Positions 14,123-29,217 are shown, counted from the first letter of the stretch. The stretch: DNA of 64,000 bases from the human T2T-CHM13v2.0 reference genome, Homo sapiens (GCF_009914755.1 NC_060929.1); one strand, 5' to 3'. Notes: generated from the letters alone by a model not told the origin. Made by a program: numbers and translations.

Positions 14123-14449
14123 CTTTGCTAAGATTCATCAGAATTAGAGTGAGCTCTATGCCAAGAACACAGTGTGGTGAACTTTTTTCTGTTTTTGCAC
14201 AGATCATTTATATATATTTTACCTGGTTCTACATGGGTTTATGTAGTCAGTACATAGGAAGCTACAACAAGCTAATTGGAATTAATATAATTCTTAGAAT
14301 ACGTTGAGGAAACTTGGTGTTAATGAATGGTTTCATTAAGAATAAATGAGTCATCTAAAATAATTTAATTGAAATAAATATCTATAATTAACTGAGAAGT
14401 TTTGGGAGCAGAATATTATAGTCAAGTACCAAAAAAAAAAAAATCCTAG

Positions 14450-14677
14450 TAAAATAATAGACTCTAGAAATAGAAAGACCTACTTTTGAGTTTCAGCTTT
14501 TTCACTTGTTATTTTGCTTTGAGCAAGTTGTTTAACCTCTGTAAGCCTATCTCATCATTTCTAAAGCAGGATTAATAACAGTACCTATTTTTTAGGATTG
14601 TTGTTAAAATTAAATAAGATAATACTTGTAAAGATTGAGTGTAGAGCCTGGTTTATAACAAGAGCTCAAGAAATAGG
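14450..14677 (+). mobile_element. MIR
   Basis: ttgagcaagttgtttaacctctgtaagcct core; taataacagtacctat...aggattgttg. Confidence 0.75.
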
Positions 14678-14938
14678 CTTTTCTCAGCAGCCACCAATGT
14701 GCTCTGTCCTTCTGAGGACACTAAGGCTGCCTTGGAGTGAGACCTTCACTTTAGTAGATAACTAACACCTCACTCGCCTGACAGCACCAACCCCGGACTC
14801 GCCTGAACCATGGCCTCCATCTCCAAGATTTTGCATCTACTAAGCCCTCGTTCTGCACAATGACAAGGTGACCATCACAGAGGATAAGATCAATGGCATC
14901 TTTAAAGCAGCTGGTATAAATGTGGAGCCTCCTGGCCT
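14678..14938 (+). pseudogene. RPLP1P: RPLP1 processed pseudogene, 5' UTR plus first ~43 codons, 3'-truncated and disrupted
   Basis: Pyrimidine-tract start cttttctcagc, 5' UTR gtccttctgagg...ctaaggctgc, ATG at 14810, decayed MAS.S...CIY*ALVLHNDKVTITEDKINGIFKAAGINVEP resembling recalled RPLP1; runs uninterrupted across the recalled exon1/2 junction. Confidence 0.9.
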
Positions 14939-16041
14939 TCCGTGGTTGTTGAAATAATGAGTATTTTACAGGGATTCTAGTGGATTGCTCAATGCAATTC
15001 TTCAGCATGAGTATTACTGTTTATGTCAAAAAAGCCATCTTTGACAATTTGATGCTATCAGGTAAAATTGCCCTGTTTCATTGCTGCCTTCTTTTGAAAA
15101 GTGATGTTTATGACGTGCAAGTTGCTTAATTATATGGCTGACTTGGTTTCTGAGGTCTATCAAAGACTTTCTGTTTTTGACTTAGGAATTGTTTGAGAAT
15201 ACCTTTCATGTGAAATAGTGTAAAATCATTTACTAAGAAATATGTAAAATATCTACATAGAAAAAGTTCTAGAAAGTATAGAATAAAATGTTTACAATAG
15301 CTTTGTAGGAGAAAGTTGAATAGCAGAGATGGAAATGGTGGCAAAGGCTGAGAAGACAGAATTTTAATTGTTACTGTATATATTTCTACACTGCTCTTTT
15401 TGATTGTTAAACAATGATCTGCTATTAGCTTTGCAGCTGAGAACATGTGTGCCTTGAGAAACTCATGTGGCATTTTTTGCACATGCATTTTTTCCTTTTT
15501 CTAGGCATCACTGTTCCTGTTTTACATATAAAATACACCAAAAGAGATGCCTCCCTGAGTAGAGAATGCTTTTATTATTTTCCTCTTTTTCCTACTAAAA
15601 ATATTTGTAAAATGAGAACACTAGAACATTGGGGTTAAATAAGAATCAATAATGGCACTAAATTCTCAAGATAGAAATTCATAGTATCCATTAATCACAG
15701 AGTACGTGTATCTTATTTATAAATCATCTCCAAATAATCTTACTTTGGTAGAGTAAGTGGATTTTGCTTTAGTAAACATTTAGTGTGATATGTTTCCAGA
15801 ATAAGAATTTCAGCAATGGACTATATTGTGCATTCATGTTACCTATAGAGAGTGACAAATCCAATCAAAGCTTATTGTACTTTTTATTATTCCCATAATA
15901 AGAAATACAATAAAGTAGAATATAAATGGCCTGAGGCACTCACTGCTTTATATAAATAAGATTTTTAATTAAGGAAGAAAATACATAATTACTTATTTTA
16001 ATTTAATCATAGTTTTTCATCATTTTATACCTTTACATCAG

Positions 16042-16136
16042 CCGCTATAAATTCATGTCTAAAATACCATTGCACCAAATGAAAGCCTGGAAATGGTGAA
16101 GTGGATGTTGCTGAAGAAATTGAGATGTTATTTCAG
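16042..16136 (+). pseudogene. Exon-like segment, 95 nt
   Basis: tttatacctttacatcAG acceptor, tttcag|GTacat donor; one frame reads AINSCLKYHCTK*KPGNGEVDVAEEIEMLFQ. Confidence 0.45.
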
Positions 16137-16738
16137 GTACATTCTTCAGGAAGAAAACTCCTTTGTCTTGTTTTAGATGATGGTCTTGAAACATCTGATT
16201 TTTTAAGCTATAATTATGTGACTTTTTATTCTTTTAATGTCACAAAGTAATATTGCAATCTCCAAGTGACTCTGAATATGGCAATTTTAGATTTTATAAT
16301 AATTTTTTTGATAGCTGAATTCTAAATGTATCAATTAATTAGAAAAAAGTCACCCTAGTTTTGGAGACAAATCAAAATAATAGGAAGGAAACCTTAAAAT
16401 CATATTTAAAGATCTTCAGACAACTTTTAAGGATACTATTATTATTTAAAAACAATTGAAAATTATTTTTAAATACCTTAAAAGTATTTTTTCATAATCT
16501 AATTAATATTTAGCAAATGATTCCAAGAATGAGACAATGATACAGGTATTTTAGGACATACATTCATTCATTCATTCATTCAAAAATGTTTACTAGGCAT
16601 CTACTATGTATCAAGTTCTATTCTAAATTCTGGTAACACAGTGGCAAATAAACCATCAAAAGAAATGTTTGACTACCATTATATTTCAGACACTATGCTT
16701 GGTACTGGGGTATAGTAATGAATTAAAAAGAAAAAATT

Positions 16739-17083
<345 letters not shown>

Positions 17084-17182
17084 CTAACTCATACATTCAA
17101 AAATATGAAAGATAAATGAGTAAAACAGATAGTATGTTTGACAGTGATAAGTACTCGTAGGTAACATAAATAAAGCAAAGTT

Positions 17183-17184
<2 letters not shown>

Positions 17185-17217
<33 letters not shown>
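17185..17217. repeat. (TG)n microsatellite
   Basis: About 16 perfect GT units. Confidence 0.95.
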
Positions 17218-17220
<3 letters not shown>

Positions 17221-19134
17221 TTTTAGATAGGGTGTCAGGGTAAAACTAATTGAGAGCATGATTTCTTTAATAAGCACTTGAAAGAAGCAGGCAGAGCTCT
17301 ATCTGGGAGATTATCTGGTATCTAGTTGAAGAGACTCCTAGGCAAAGGCAATAGAGGTGGCAAAAGCCCTGAGGAAAGATTGTGAACGAAATGTTCCAGG
17401 AAGAGCCAGGAGGTAAGATGGTCACTGTGAAGAGAGCAAGATGGAGTGGATAGGAAATAAGGTTAGAGGTGCAGTGCAAATTGGTTACCTTTGTAACAGA
17501 TTGTATATGATCTTATAGGTCATTGTAAGGATTTGAGCTTTTACACTAAGAGAAATGAGTCACTGGAATTTTTTTAAGCAAGGAGATGACACGACTTATG
17601 TTTCAACAGGATCATTTTGACTTCTGTTTCAACAGTATAAATTTGTCTGTTGCCTTCATAAAATAACCTTAATTATTGTTTGGAGATGATGTTGGCCTTG
17701 ATTGTGGTGGTAAGTTGGTAGACACCTAGAAATATTTTGAAGGTGAATCCAACTTCAGCATTTATATGGAGACAACTCTATGTAAATAATGTGACAATCT
17801 TTATACAGAGGATGACAGGAAAAAAATGACTCTATGATGTTGGGCTGATTGTCTTCAAGTAAGTGTCTGCCATTTAACTGAAATGGGAAAAAATTATAGC
17901 AGTGCAAGATTACCCTCTGTAGCGCCACCCCCAAGAGTGGTGTTTAGTAATTCAGTTTTGCATGTGTTAAATTTGGACGCCTTTGGACATTCAAGTGGAG
18001 ATATCAGGATATATGGTGAAAGATTCAGGCTGGTAAAATCATTGAACATCATTTCCATGTACATAATAATTAATGCCATAAAATGAAATAATTTAAGGAG
18101 TTAATATAGATGGAAAAGAGAAGACTTCCAAAGACTAAACCTTGGGTACTCCGATATTTAGAGTTTGGAGAAATAAGGAATCCCAGCAAATGAGACAGAG
18201 AAGGAGTCACCAGAAGTGTAGGAGGTAATCCAGGTACATATTATGCCTTGGAAGCCAAGAGAAAAAGTACTTCAAGGAAGGGAGAGTAGTCAACCATGCC
18301 AAATAACACTAGATAAAGTACTATGAGGACTTGAGACATAAACATTAGATTTAGCAAAATGCAGGGGTTTTTTTAAAATGACCTTGATAAGAACAGTTTT
18401 ACTGGACTGATGGGGATAAAACTTTGAGTGTATTCAAGAGAATGGGGTGGAGGGGAAGAGAAATTGCAAGAAATTGCAGGTGTTGAGTACAGCATGGACA
18501 ACTCTGCCAAGGAGTTATATCTTAAAGAAAAGAAAAGAAAAGAAGGAATAGTAGCTGGAGGTGGAAATGAAGTCAAGATATAAAATATATGGCTATACAT
18601 AATGTTTAAAAGTATGCTTTTGAATCTTTTATTACTGCATTTTGATTATAGCACCTCATACAAGTCACATTATAACCGATAATTAAGAAAAAAAAAGAGA
18701 TCATAGTCTGATTCAAATGTAGAAAATGGGCAAGCAATGATTGAAGAGACTTTATGCCTAAGAGGCTCACCTGCCAATGAACATGATTTTTACAGTTGTA
18801 TTATGATTATGATGAACTGATAGGCCTCAGAAACGTCAAGTGATTTGCTACACACTTTATAAGAAAATCAACTAGCAAGAAGCCATTATATTAGAAAGAG
18901 CCTTGACCTTGGTGAAGTGGTAACAGACTGCAAAGTCATAATGTCATTTTCACTTAAATTGGAATTAAGACTTTAGGAGGAAAATGCTCCTATGGGAGGA
19001 AAGACTTTCCAGAAGGAATTACAAAAAGCCTTATGTATGTTATGAATCTTTACTCTTTGCGAAGAAGTGTTCTTGAAATAAGAGATGGGAATCATAAAAC
19101 TTGGATATTTTATAAGCTGGATTTATTATTATGT

Positions 19135-19962
<828 letters not shown>

Positions 19963-20094
19963 CTATCTATTGCCAAATGTAGGAAAATATAGTGAAAAAA
20001 ACCTTGCTTAGAGTTTGAGTTCCAGTCTGAAAAACAAAAACAATGTAGCAATTGGGCAGCCGTGGATGACTAACAATATAAACCGAAGAATCCA

Positions 20095-20290
20095 GCAGTA
20101 TTATTATATTATTAAATTCAATTATTAAGAACAGACTATGTGATTCTTTCCCTGCATCATCCCAAATCTCCAGAATAGCCTATCTGCAGTGTATGTATTA
20201 TAGCTCCTATTTCATAGATGAGGTAACCAAAGCTTAAGGGAGTAAAAATAATGAGTGAGACAGAATTCTGGCAGATCCGAACAATTTCTA
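20095..20290 (-). mobile_element. MIR
   Basis: cctatttcatagatgaggtaaccaaagcttaaggg antisense core. Confidence 0.6.
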
Positions 20291-20607
20291 TGAAACACCT
20301 CCCTTCCATTAAAGTACAGAAGAAAATAGCACATGAGAAAGTTATCAAAGTTATCTACCAATGTGTATGAAGATATGTTCCTAAAACTCATTTAATAAAT
20401 TTTTTGTTATTAACAAAAGGCATGTTTATGATTTTCTCACACTTCATTTTTTAAAATACAAGAACTTTGCTTCATGTTTTATATGAGGGTAAAGAGATTT
20501 AATCTATAGAGCCATTAAACAAGTACTGAATTGGTGCATGACCTGTATGAAATCATCATGTGGCTCTAAAAATAAGACTTTTTAAAAACTGATACCATAA
20601 TTTCTAG

Positions 20608-20703
20608 AACGATTGCTCAAAGAAATGAATGGTCCTCAACCCCAAACAACCAAAGAAAACAGAAAAGCCTGACAGAGATCTTTATTAAAATGTATCACCT
20701 CAG
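20608..20703 (+). pseudogene. Exon-like segment, 96 nt
   Basis: ataatttctAG acceptor and strong cag|GTAAGA donor; length is a multiple of 3. Confidence 0.45.
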
Positions 20704-20981
20704 GTAAGAAAATATAAAATGTGACAAAATCAGAATAAATGAACATAAATAACAAAAAGTAAGACAAACATGATTTTAATAGCTTTATTAAGTAGAAAAT
20801 CTGGAAATAATTGAGCCCTAAAACATAAAAGAGAGATAAAATGTATTGTGACTTTTGCTTACTTAGTCAGATGTTTGTGTTTTGAAGAAAATGAAAAAAA
20901 AAATTATAAGAGAAAATATTCTGCTTAAAAAAATTAGTGGAAAAATCAGAGGATTTTTGGCTATGTACCAGTCCTATATAG

Positions 20982-21696
20982 CAGGAGTCCCCAACCCCGG
21001 GGCAGCAGCCTGCTAGGAATCGGGCCACACAGCAAGAGGTGAATGGTGGGCGAGCGAGCTAGTGATATGGTTGGGCTGTGTCCCCACCCAAATCTTACCT
21101 TGAATTGTAATAATCCCCACTTGCCAATGGCAGGGCCAGGTTCAGATAATTGAATCATGGGGGTGGTTTCCTCCATGCCATTCTCGTGGTAGTGACTAAG
21201 TCTCACGAGATCTGATGGTTTTATAAATGGGAATTCCCCTGCACACAATTCCTCTTGCCTGCTGCCATGTAAGACAAGACGTGCCTTTGCTTCTCCTTTG
21301 CCTTGTGCCATGATTGTGAGGCCTCTCCTTTGCCTTGTGCCATGATTGTGAGGCCTCCCCAGCCATGTGGAACTGTAAGTCTATTAAACCTCTTTCCTTT
21401 ATAAATTACCCATCTCAGGTATATCTTTATTAGCAATGTGAGAACAGACTAATAGAGCTAGCGTTCCTGCTTGAGCTCCGCCTCCTGTCAGATCAGCTGC
21501 GGCATTAGATTCTCATAGGAGCTCGAACCCTGTTGTGAACTGCGCGTGTAAAAGACCTAGAGTGTGAGCCCCTTATATGCCCGATTATGCCTGAGGTGGA
21601 ACAGTTTCATCCTGAAACCACCCCTCGACCCCGATCCTTGGAAAAATTGTCTTCCATAAAACCTGTCCTTGGTGCCAAAAAGGTTGGGGACTGCTG
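20982..21696. mobile_element. MER1B (hAT-Charlie) split by THE1
   Basis: TIRs caggagtccccaacc / ggttggggactgctg, 8 bp TSD ctatatag/ctatacag. Confidence 0.9.
21063..21456 (+). mobile_element. THE1B/C solo LTR with internal 32 bp tandem duplication
   Basis: tgatatggttgggctg...gactaataga; TSD gctag. Confidence 0.9.
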
Positions 21697-21828
21697 CTAT
21701 ACAGTATCTGTATATGTGTTTTAATGCTTAGGTTATTGACCTTTTGCATTATCTTATGAATCTCGCACATATCAATGTTTAGTGAAGAAAAAGAATTTTT
21801 CTTCACTAAATTTTTCTTCAGTTAACAG

Positions 21829-22158
21829 GCTTCAGCCTTGATGGAAAAATTTCCTTATGTTCAATTCTTCAAAATGATCTATTTATATGAGTGTCATATG
21901 GCTAAGTTCCTTTCTTGTCCTAGGAGGGCAGACATCTTTATCTTTTTGTCAGTTAGGAGAAAGATAAAAGATGAAGCAGCTGGAGAGAACCGTGGCTGTG
22001 GAGGAGTGGTTACTATTCTTTGGCTCCAGTCCTCTTCATCTCTAGCCACTTCCTCCCTTGTACCTCTGCTGTCTTATCCCAAAGAAAACTGCTCACTGAG
22101 GCAAGTGGCATTTTCAAGAAGATATTGCAATGGCATCCACAAAGCCTATTCATGTTGA
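21829..22158 (+). pseudogene. Exon-like segment resembling the RGS22 N-terminal conserved block (3' end uncertain)
   Basis: ttcttcagttaacAG acceptor in frame with ASALMEKFPYVQFFKMIYLYECHMAKFLS; compare recalled RGS22 KERLPAFLESDCYFEYRLAKLVS. Confidence 0.4.
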
Positions 22159-22289
22159 GAAATGAGGGAGAATGTGCTTCACACAGTGGTCCCGTCATAT
22201 AGTCTTTTATGAGCCAAGATAAAACTGTCATTTCCTCTTCTTTAATAGCAAAAATTATTTGTAATAATTTCATGCATTATTGTGAAACA

Positions 22290-22945
22290 AACAGCATAGT
22301 AATTAAGATAATAAACTTAGGTACTAGACAGAACTGGTTTCTAGTTGCAGGTTTTTCAACTTTCTAAAGTGATGCATGGCAAAGGATTTAATCTCTCTAA
22401 GCCCAAATTTCCTCTGGTGATAGGGTTTATGAGAACAAAGGACATCATAATTGGAAAGCACCAATTTCAGTGCCTGTAGAAAGTGTATGATAACAGTAAA
22501 GTATTGTTATTGTTTATCTTTTTTTTTTTTTTTTTTGAGACGGGGTCTCACTCTGTCGCCCAGGCTGGAGTGCAGTGGCGTGATCTCGGCTCATTGCAAA
22601 CTCCACCCTCGGGTTCAAGCAATCCTCCTGCCTCAGCCTCTCTAGTAGCTGGGATTACAGGCGTGCACCATCACACCCAGCTAATTTTTTGTAATTAAAA
22701 TCCCAAAGTGCTGGGATTATAGGTGTGAGCCACCGATCCCAGCCTGTTATTGTTTATCTGTGTGACCTTAGATAAGTTACTCAATCACTCTGTGCCTCAG
22801 TTTTCTTGTCTGTAAAATGGGATAATTATATTATCTGCTCCATAGAGCTATTGTGACAAAAAAATAAAGACTATATCTAAAGCACTCAGAACAGTGTTTG
22901 ACATGTCCTAAGTGTTCTGTAAATGTAAGTCACCATTATTGTTGT
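22290..22945 (+). mobile_element. Two MIR fragments flanking an Alu
   Basis: tttaatctctctaagcccaaatttcctc and gtgaccttagataagttactcaatcactctgtgcctcagttttcttgtctgtaaaatggg cores. Confidence 0.8.
22520..22744 (-). mobile_element. AluS with internal left-arm deletion
   Basis: TSD tgttattgtttatct on both sides; jumps from ctaattttttgta to tcccaaagtgctggg. Confidence 0.9.
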
Positions 22946-23857
22946 TATACCATTATTGTCAGCAGTATCATTTATTAATGTAATAATAATAAAATTAGAT
23001 TCTAATTGTGTTCATTTATAATTGATATATATTAAGGGTGGCTAGCTAGCATTATATAGGTATGATTTGGAGGCTGCTAGAAAAAAATCTCCCTCCCACT
23101 CCACCTCAATCCACACGTCTTGCTTAGAGAACTCCCAGCGACTAAAAGCTCACCATGAGACTCTGAATGTAGAAGTCTCTTCGCCAAAGGATCTCCCTTA
23201 AAATGAGAGTTTACAAAATGTAAAAATTCTAGTTTCAGAAATAATAATACCCAAATTAAATTATAATATGGATCAATTTATCAGGTCATTTTACTTCTTG
23301 GTAGCAAGAACATGGTAAAATTCAAGAGCAATGAGATTTCCAGAGTGTTGAAGCAGGCTCTGTAGCCAGAATAAAATCAGAGCAAGAGGCAAATAATGTG
23401 TGGAAATTGACAAAGATAAGCACTGTCACTTTAACATTTGAGTGGATTTTATTCAAATGACTGCAAATATTGAAAGTGCCATTCTTGTTCTTCCCTTGAA
23501 GCAAAGGTAACTCCAAAAAGGTTTGGGTAAGGAATCAGTGGCAAAGCATGATTTATGAAAAATTTCCTTAGAACACTGCAGGAGGCAAGCCCAATGTAGA
23601 ATGTCTTTCCTCAGAAACAGTGAAACAAATGGATGCATTCATTTGAATGTTCCATAATGGGAAAAAGAGACTGGTGATAAGAAATGGCTGCCTGATTATT
23701 CTTTTGAGGAATTAAATGTAATAGAAAATGTGCATAAAAAGAAATATTTGAAAAGTTTTGGCTTATGAAGAGGAAAATGTTCTCAGCAAAAAGTCACTAA
23801 GTTATAAAATCATTTGCTAACTAAAAAATGAAAGACGGAATTGGAAACTCGGTAAGG

Positions 23858-24300
23858 TTATATAGTTTGGATGTTTGTCCCCTCCAAATTTCATGTTGAA
23901 ATGTCATCTCCAAAAAAGAAAAAAAAAAAAAAGAACTGTCACCTCCAATGTTGGAGATAGGAGATGTTTGGGTCATGAGGTGGATCCTTCATGAGTGCCT
24001 TGGTGCCCTCCTTGCGGTTATGAGTGAGTGCTCACTCTGAGTTCATGCAAAAGCTGGTTGTCTAAAAGAACCTGGCACCTCATCCCCTCTCTCTTGCTCC
24101 CTCTCTTGTCACATGATGTGCCCAGTCCTCCTTTGCCTTCCGCCATGAGAAAAAGCTTCCTGAGGCCTCACCAGAAGTTGAGCAGATGCTGGTGCCATGT
24201 TTGTACACCCTGCAGAACTGTGAACCAAATAAACTTTTCTTATTTATAAATTTCCCTATCTCAAGTATTCTTTTATAGCAATGCAGAATGGATTAACACA
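23858..24300 (+). mobile_element. MSTB-like solo LTR
   Basis: tatagtttggatgtttgtcccctccaaa...gaggcctcaccagaag...ggattaacaca. Confidence 0.85.
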
Positions 24301-24787
24301 TCAGGAATATATTAAGTATTAATATTTGCATGACATTGTTGGTTTTAGTGATTTTACCCAGCAGCAAATTTATGTAGGGTTGGTTATAAGCAACGTAGTG
24401 AATCTACATTACACAGACAACAAATATGAACTTTTTAAAGAAAATAGTCCCATCACACAGAATTTTTGAAGTTGACTAACCTTGGAAATTCTTTTTCTGG
24501 CACAGGTACAAAATTATCAAGATTGACTTTCCATGTGTTCACATTAACCACATAATAATCAATCAGGAGATAACAGTTTTTGAATTCAGTTTAACTTTAT
24601 AGGCTTAGCCACTGTAACAGGACCTTTATTTTGCAGGGTTATAGCCTATAGAAAAGTGACTATAGGTGATGAAATATGTAATCAATACATATTGATTACA
24701 TAGAATAAGGACCTGCCAATAGAAAACTGATTTAGATTATCATACAGGACAAGAGTGCCCAGTGCTTGTTTGAGACCTTGGGGTGGG

Positions 24788-24955
24788 TGAAGGTTGGGGT
24801 GGCTGTGGCAATTTCTTAAAACAAGACAGAAATGAAGTTTGCCACATTGATTGACTCTTCCTTTCACAAAAGATTTCTCTGTAGCATGTGATGATGTTTG
24901 GTCACATTTTATGCACAGTGGAATTTCTTTCAAAATTGAAGTCAAACTTCTCTAA
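24788..24955 (-). mobile_element. Isolated internal Tigger1 fragment without TIRs
   Basis: Aligns by eye to 26732-26895 of the full-length Tigger1. Confidence 0.85.
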
Positions 24956-25309
24956 GACTCTAATGGTTGAGGATGGAAAACCGAACTGGGATTGGGTGGA
25001 AGTAGATGCAAGTTCCATGGAAATTGTCACTGACTTAAAAATTTTACTTAAACATAGTTCTGTTACAACATTTTCTGTAAAGGATTTTACTAAAACAATT
25101 AAGCACCAGTTCAAACATGTTTGCAATCATTTAACATGACCTTAGGAAGTCAACACACACGTAATATTTCTTGTTATCTCTAGTATTGAAACACAAAAGT
25201 TAAAGCCAAACTTGTAAGTCAAGTTAGATCATCATCATCGTTATCTCTATGAAAAAAAAAATAGAACAACTTGATTTCTATCTCACTCCATACCCCAAAG
25301 TCTTGTTTT

Positions 25310-25613
25310 GTTTTGTTTTCTTTTCTTTTTTGAGATGGGGTCTCTTTCTGTTGCCTAGACTGGAGGGCAGTGGTGTGATCTCGGCTTACTGCAACTTCTG
25401 CTTTCTGGGCTCAAGTGATCCTCCTGCTTCACCTCCAAAGTAGCTGGGACCATAAGCTCGTGCCACCATGCCTGGCTAATATTTTGTACTTTTGGTAGAG
25501 ACCAGGTTTCACCATGTTGCCCAGGCTGGTCTTGAACTGCTGAGCTCAAGCCATCTGCCTGCCTCAGTCTCCCAATGTGCTGGACTTACAGGTGTGAGCC
25601 AGCAAACCTGGAC
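25310..25613 (-). mobile_element. AluJ
   Basis: Antisense dimer with (ttttg)n tail; ctgggctcaagtgatcctc. Confidence 0.9.
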
Positions 25614-25675
25614 CTACACCCCTAAGTTAATTCATGATGGATCATGGACCTAAATATAAAACAGCACTGTAATGC

Positions 25676-25985
<310 letters not shown>

Positions 25986-26426
25986 AGTACTGTAATGCAT
26001 TTAGAAGAAACTTCTGGTAGGTAGAAATTTCTTGGACGGAACACTAAGAGCAATACTATAAAAGCAAAAAAAAAAAAAAAATTGATTGGATTTCATCAAA
26101 ACTGAATAGGTTTATCAAAAGTCACCACAAAGAAAATAGACAAGCCATAGATTGGGAAAATTATTTGTGGCATATATATGGCAGAAGACCTGTGTCTAAA
26201 ACATAAAAAACCAACCTATAAGTCAACAATAAAAATACAAACAATTCAATAAAAGGATGGAAATAGAGATACTTCACAAAAGAACATATACAAAATACCA
26301 ATAAGCATATGAGAAGGTGCTTAACACTGTTAGTTTCCAAGAAAATTCAAAATAAAATGACAATTAGATACCATTTCACACCCACTAGAATGACTAAATA
26401 AAAAAAAAAAACAATAATCCTTAATA

Positions 26427-28807
26427 CAGGCATAACTCAGAGATATTGCAGGCTCAGTTCCAGGCCACTTGCAATAAAGCAAATATCCCAATGAAGCAAG
26501 TCACACAATATTTTTGGTTTCCTAGTACATAAAAAGCTATGCTTAAACTTTACTATAGTCTATTAAGTGTGCAATAGAATTATGCCTAAAAAATGTATGT
26601 ACCTTAACTAAAAACACTTTATTGCTGAAAAATGCTAACATTCATCTCAGCCCTCAAAGAATTGTAATCTTTTCACTGGTGGAAGGTCTTGCCTCGATGT
26701 TTATGGATGCTGATTAATCAGTGGTGATTGCTGAAGGTTGGGGCAATTTCTTAAAATAAGACAATAATGAAGTTTTCCCACATTGATTAATTCTTTCTTC
26801 CATGAAAGATTTCCCTGTAGCATGTGATGCTGTTTTTTTGGTTACATTTTACCCACAGTAGAATTTCTTTCAAAATTAGAGTCAATCATCTTAAACCCTG
26901 CCACTGCTTTATCAACTAAGTTTATGAAATATTCTCAACCTATTTTTTTTGTTTATCATTTCAACAATGTTCACACCGTTTTCACCAGGAATAGATTCAA
27001 CTCAATAAACCACTTTCTTTGCTTTTCTGTAAGAAGCAACTACTCATCCAATCAAGTTTTCCTGTGAGTTTGCAGCTATTCGTCACATCTTCAGGATCCA
27101 CTTCTAATTCTATTTCTCTTGCTATTTCTACCACATCTGCGTTACTTGCCCCACTGAAGTCTTGAGACACTCAAAGTCATCCATGAGGGTTGAAATCAAC
27201 TTCTTCCAAACTCCTGTTAATGTTGATATTTTGACCTTCTCCCATAAGTCACAAATGCTCTTAATGGCATTAGAATGGTGAATCTTTTCCAGAAGGTTTT
27301 CAATTTACTTTTCTTAGATTCATCAGCAGAATCACAATCTCTGTCAGCTATCACCTTACCAAATTTATTTCTTAAATAATAAGATTTCAAGGTAAAACTT
27401 ATTCATTGATCCATGAGTTGCAGAATAAATGTTGTGTTAGCAGGCATAAAACCAACATTAATCCCCTTGTACATCCCTATCAGCGCTCTTGGGTGATCAG
27501 GAGCATTGTCAATGGGCAGTAATATTTTGAAAGAAATTTTTTTTTCCTGAGCAACAAGTCTCAACATCGGGCTTAACATATTCACTAAACTGTGCTGTAA
27601 ACAGATGTGTTGTAATTTAGGTTTTGTATTTCATTAGTAGGGCAGAGTAGATTTAAAATAATTCTTAAAGGTCCTTGGATTTTCAAAATGCTAAATGAGC
27701 ACTGGCTCATTAGTGACTTAAAGTCACCAGGTGCATTAGCCCCTAACAAGAGATTCAGCATAGCTTTGGAGCCAGACATTGACTTTTCTTCTCCAGCTAT
27801 GAAAGCCCTAGATGACATAAGCCTGTTTTATCTAAATTGAAAAGTTGTTGTTCAGTGTAGCCATTTTCATCAATTATCTTAGCTAAATCTTCTGGACAGT
27901 TTGCTGTGAGTTGTACATTAACACTTGCTGCTTCATCTTGCACTTTTATGTTATGAAGATGGCTTCTTTCCTTAAATCTCATGAAACCACCTCAACTAGC
28001 TTCAAATTTTTCTTCTGCAGCTTCTCTCTCTTAGCCTTCATATAGTTGAAGAGAGTTAGGGCCTTGCTCTGGATTGAGCTTTGCCTCAAGGGAATGTTGT
28101 AGCTAGTTTGATCTTTTTATGCAGACCACTCAAACTTTCTCCATATCAGCAATAAGCTTCTCTTGTTTTCTCATCATTAGTGTGTTCACTGGAATGGCAC
28201 TTTTAATTTCCTTCAAGAACTTTTTCTTTGGTTTCATAACTTGGCTGTTTCGTGCAAGCAGTCTACCTTTCAGCTTATCTTGGCTTTTGACATGCCTTCC
28301 TTGCTAAGCTTAATTATTTCTATCTTTTGATTTAAAGTAAGAGACATATGGCTCTTGCTTTCACTTGAAAACTTAGAGGTCTTTGTAGGGTTGCTAAATG
28401 GCTTAATTTCAGTATTACTGTGTCTCAGGGAATAGGGAGGCCCAAGAAGAGGAACAGAAATGGGAAAATGGCTGATAAGTGGAGCAGTCAGAAAACATAA
28501 CCTTTATCAATTAAGTTCACCATCTTATATGGGCGCTATTTGCAGCACTCCAAAATAATTTCAATAGTAACAATAAAGAACATTGGTCACAGACAAACAT
28601 AACAGATATAATAATGATGAAACATTTGAAATATTACAAGAAGTCTTAAAGTGCGACACAGAGACATGAAGTGAGCACATGCCATTGGAAAAATGGCATC
28701 AAAAGACTTGCTCAGCACAGCGTTACCACAAATCTTCAATTTGTAAAAAAAAACACACTATCTGCAAAGTGCAAGAAAATGATGTGTAATGAAATGAAGA
28801 ATGCCTA
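26427..28807 (-). mobile_element. Full-length Tigger1 (pogo-like) with decayed transposase
   Basis: caggcata...atgcct TIRs, TA flanks, about 2.38 kb; minus-strand ORF fragments [14 protein letters not shown] and [16 protein letters not shown] (pogo DDE). Confidence 0.95.
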
Positions 28808-28877
28808 TATGGGCTAGGCTATAGGGCAACTGAAATTCTTATACATTGCTTGTAGGAGTTTAAAATGGTCGAGTCGT

Positions 28878-29217
<340 letters not shown>

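Noticed and set aside
27403-27982. Domesticated TIGD1-like transposase gene
   Set aside because: The Tigger1 ORF is broken into short pieces in different frames.
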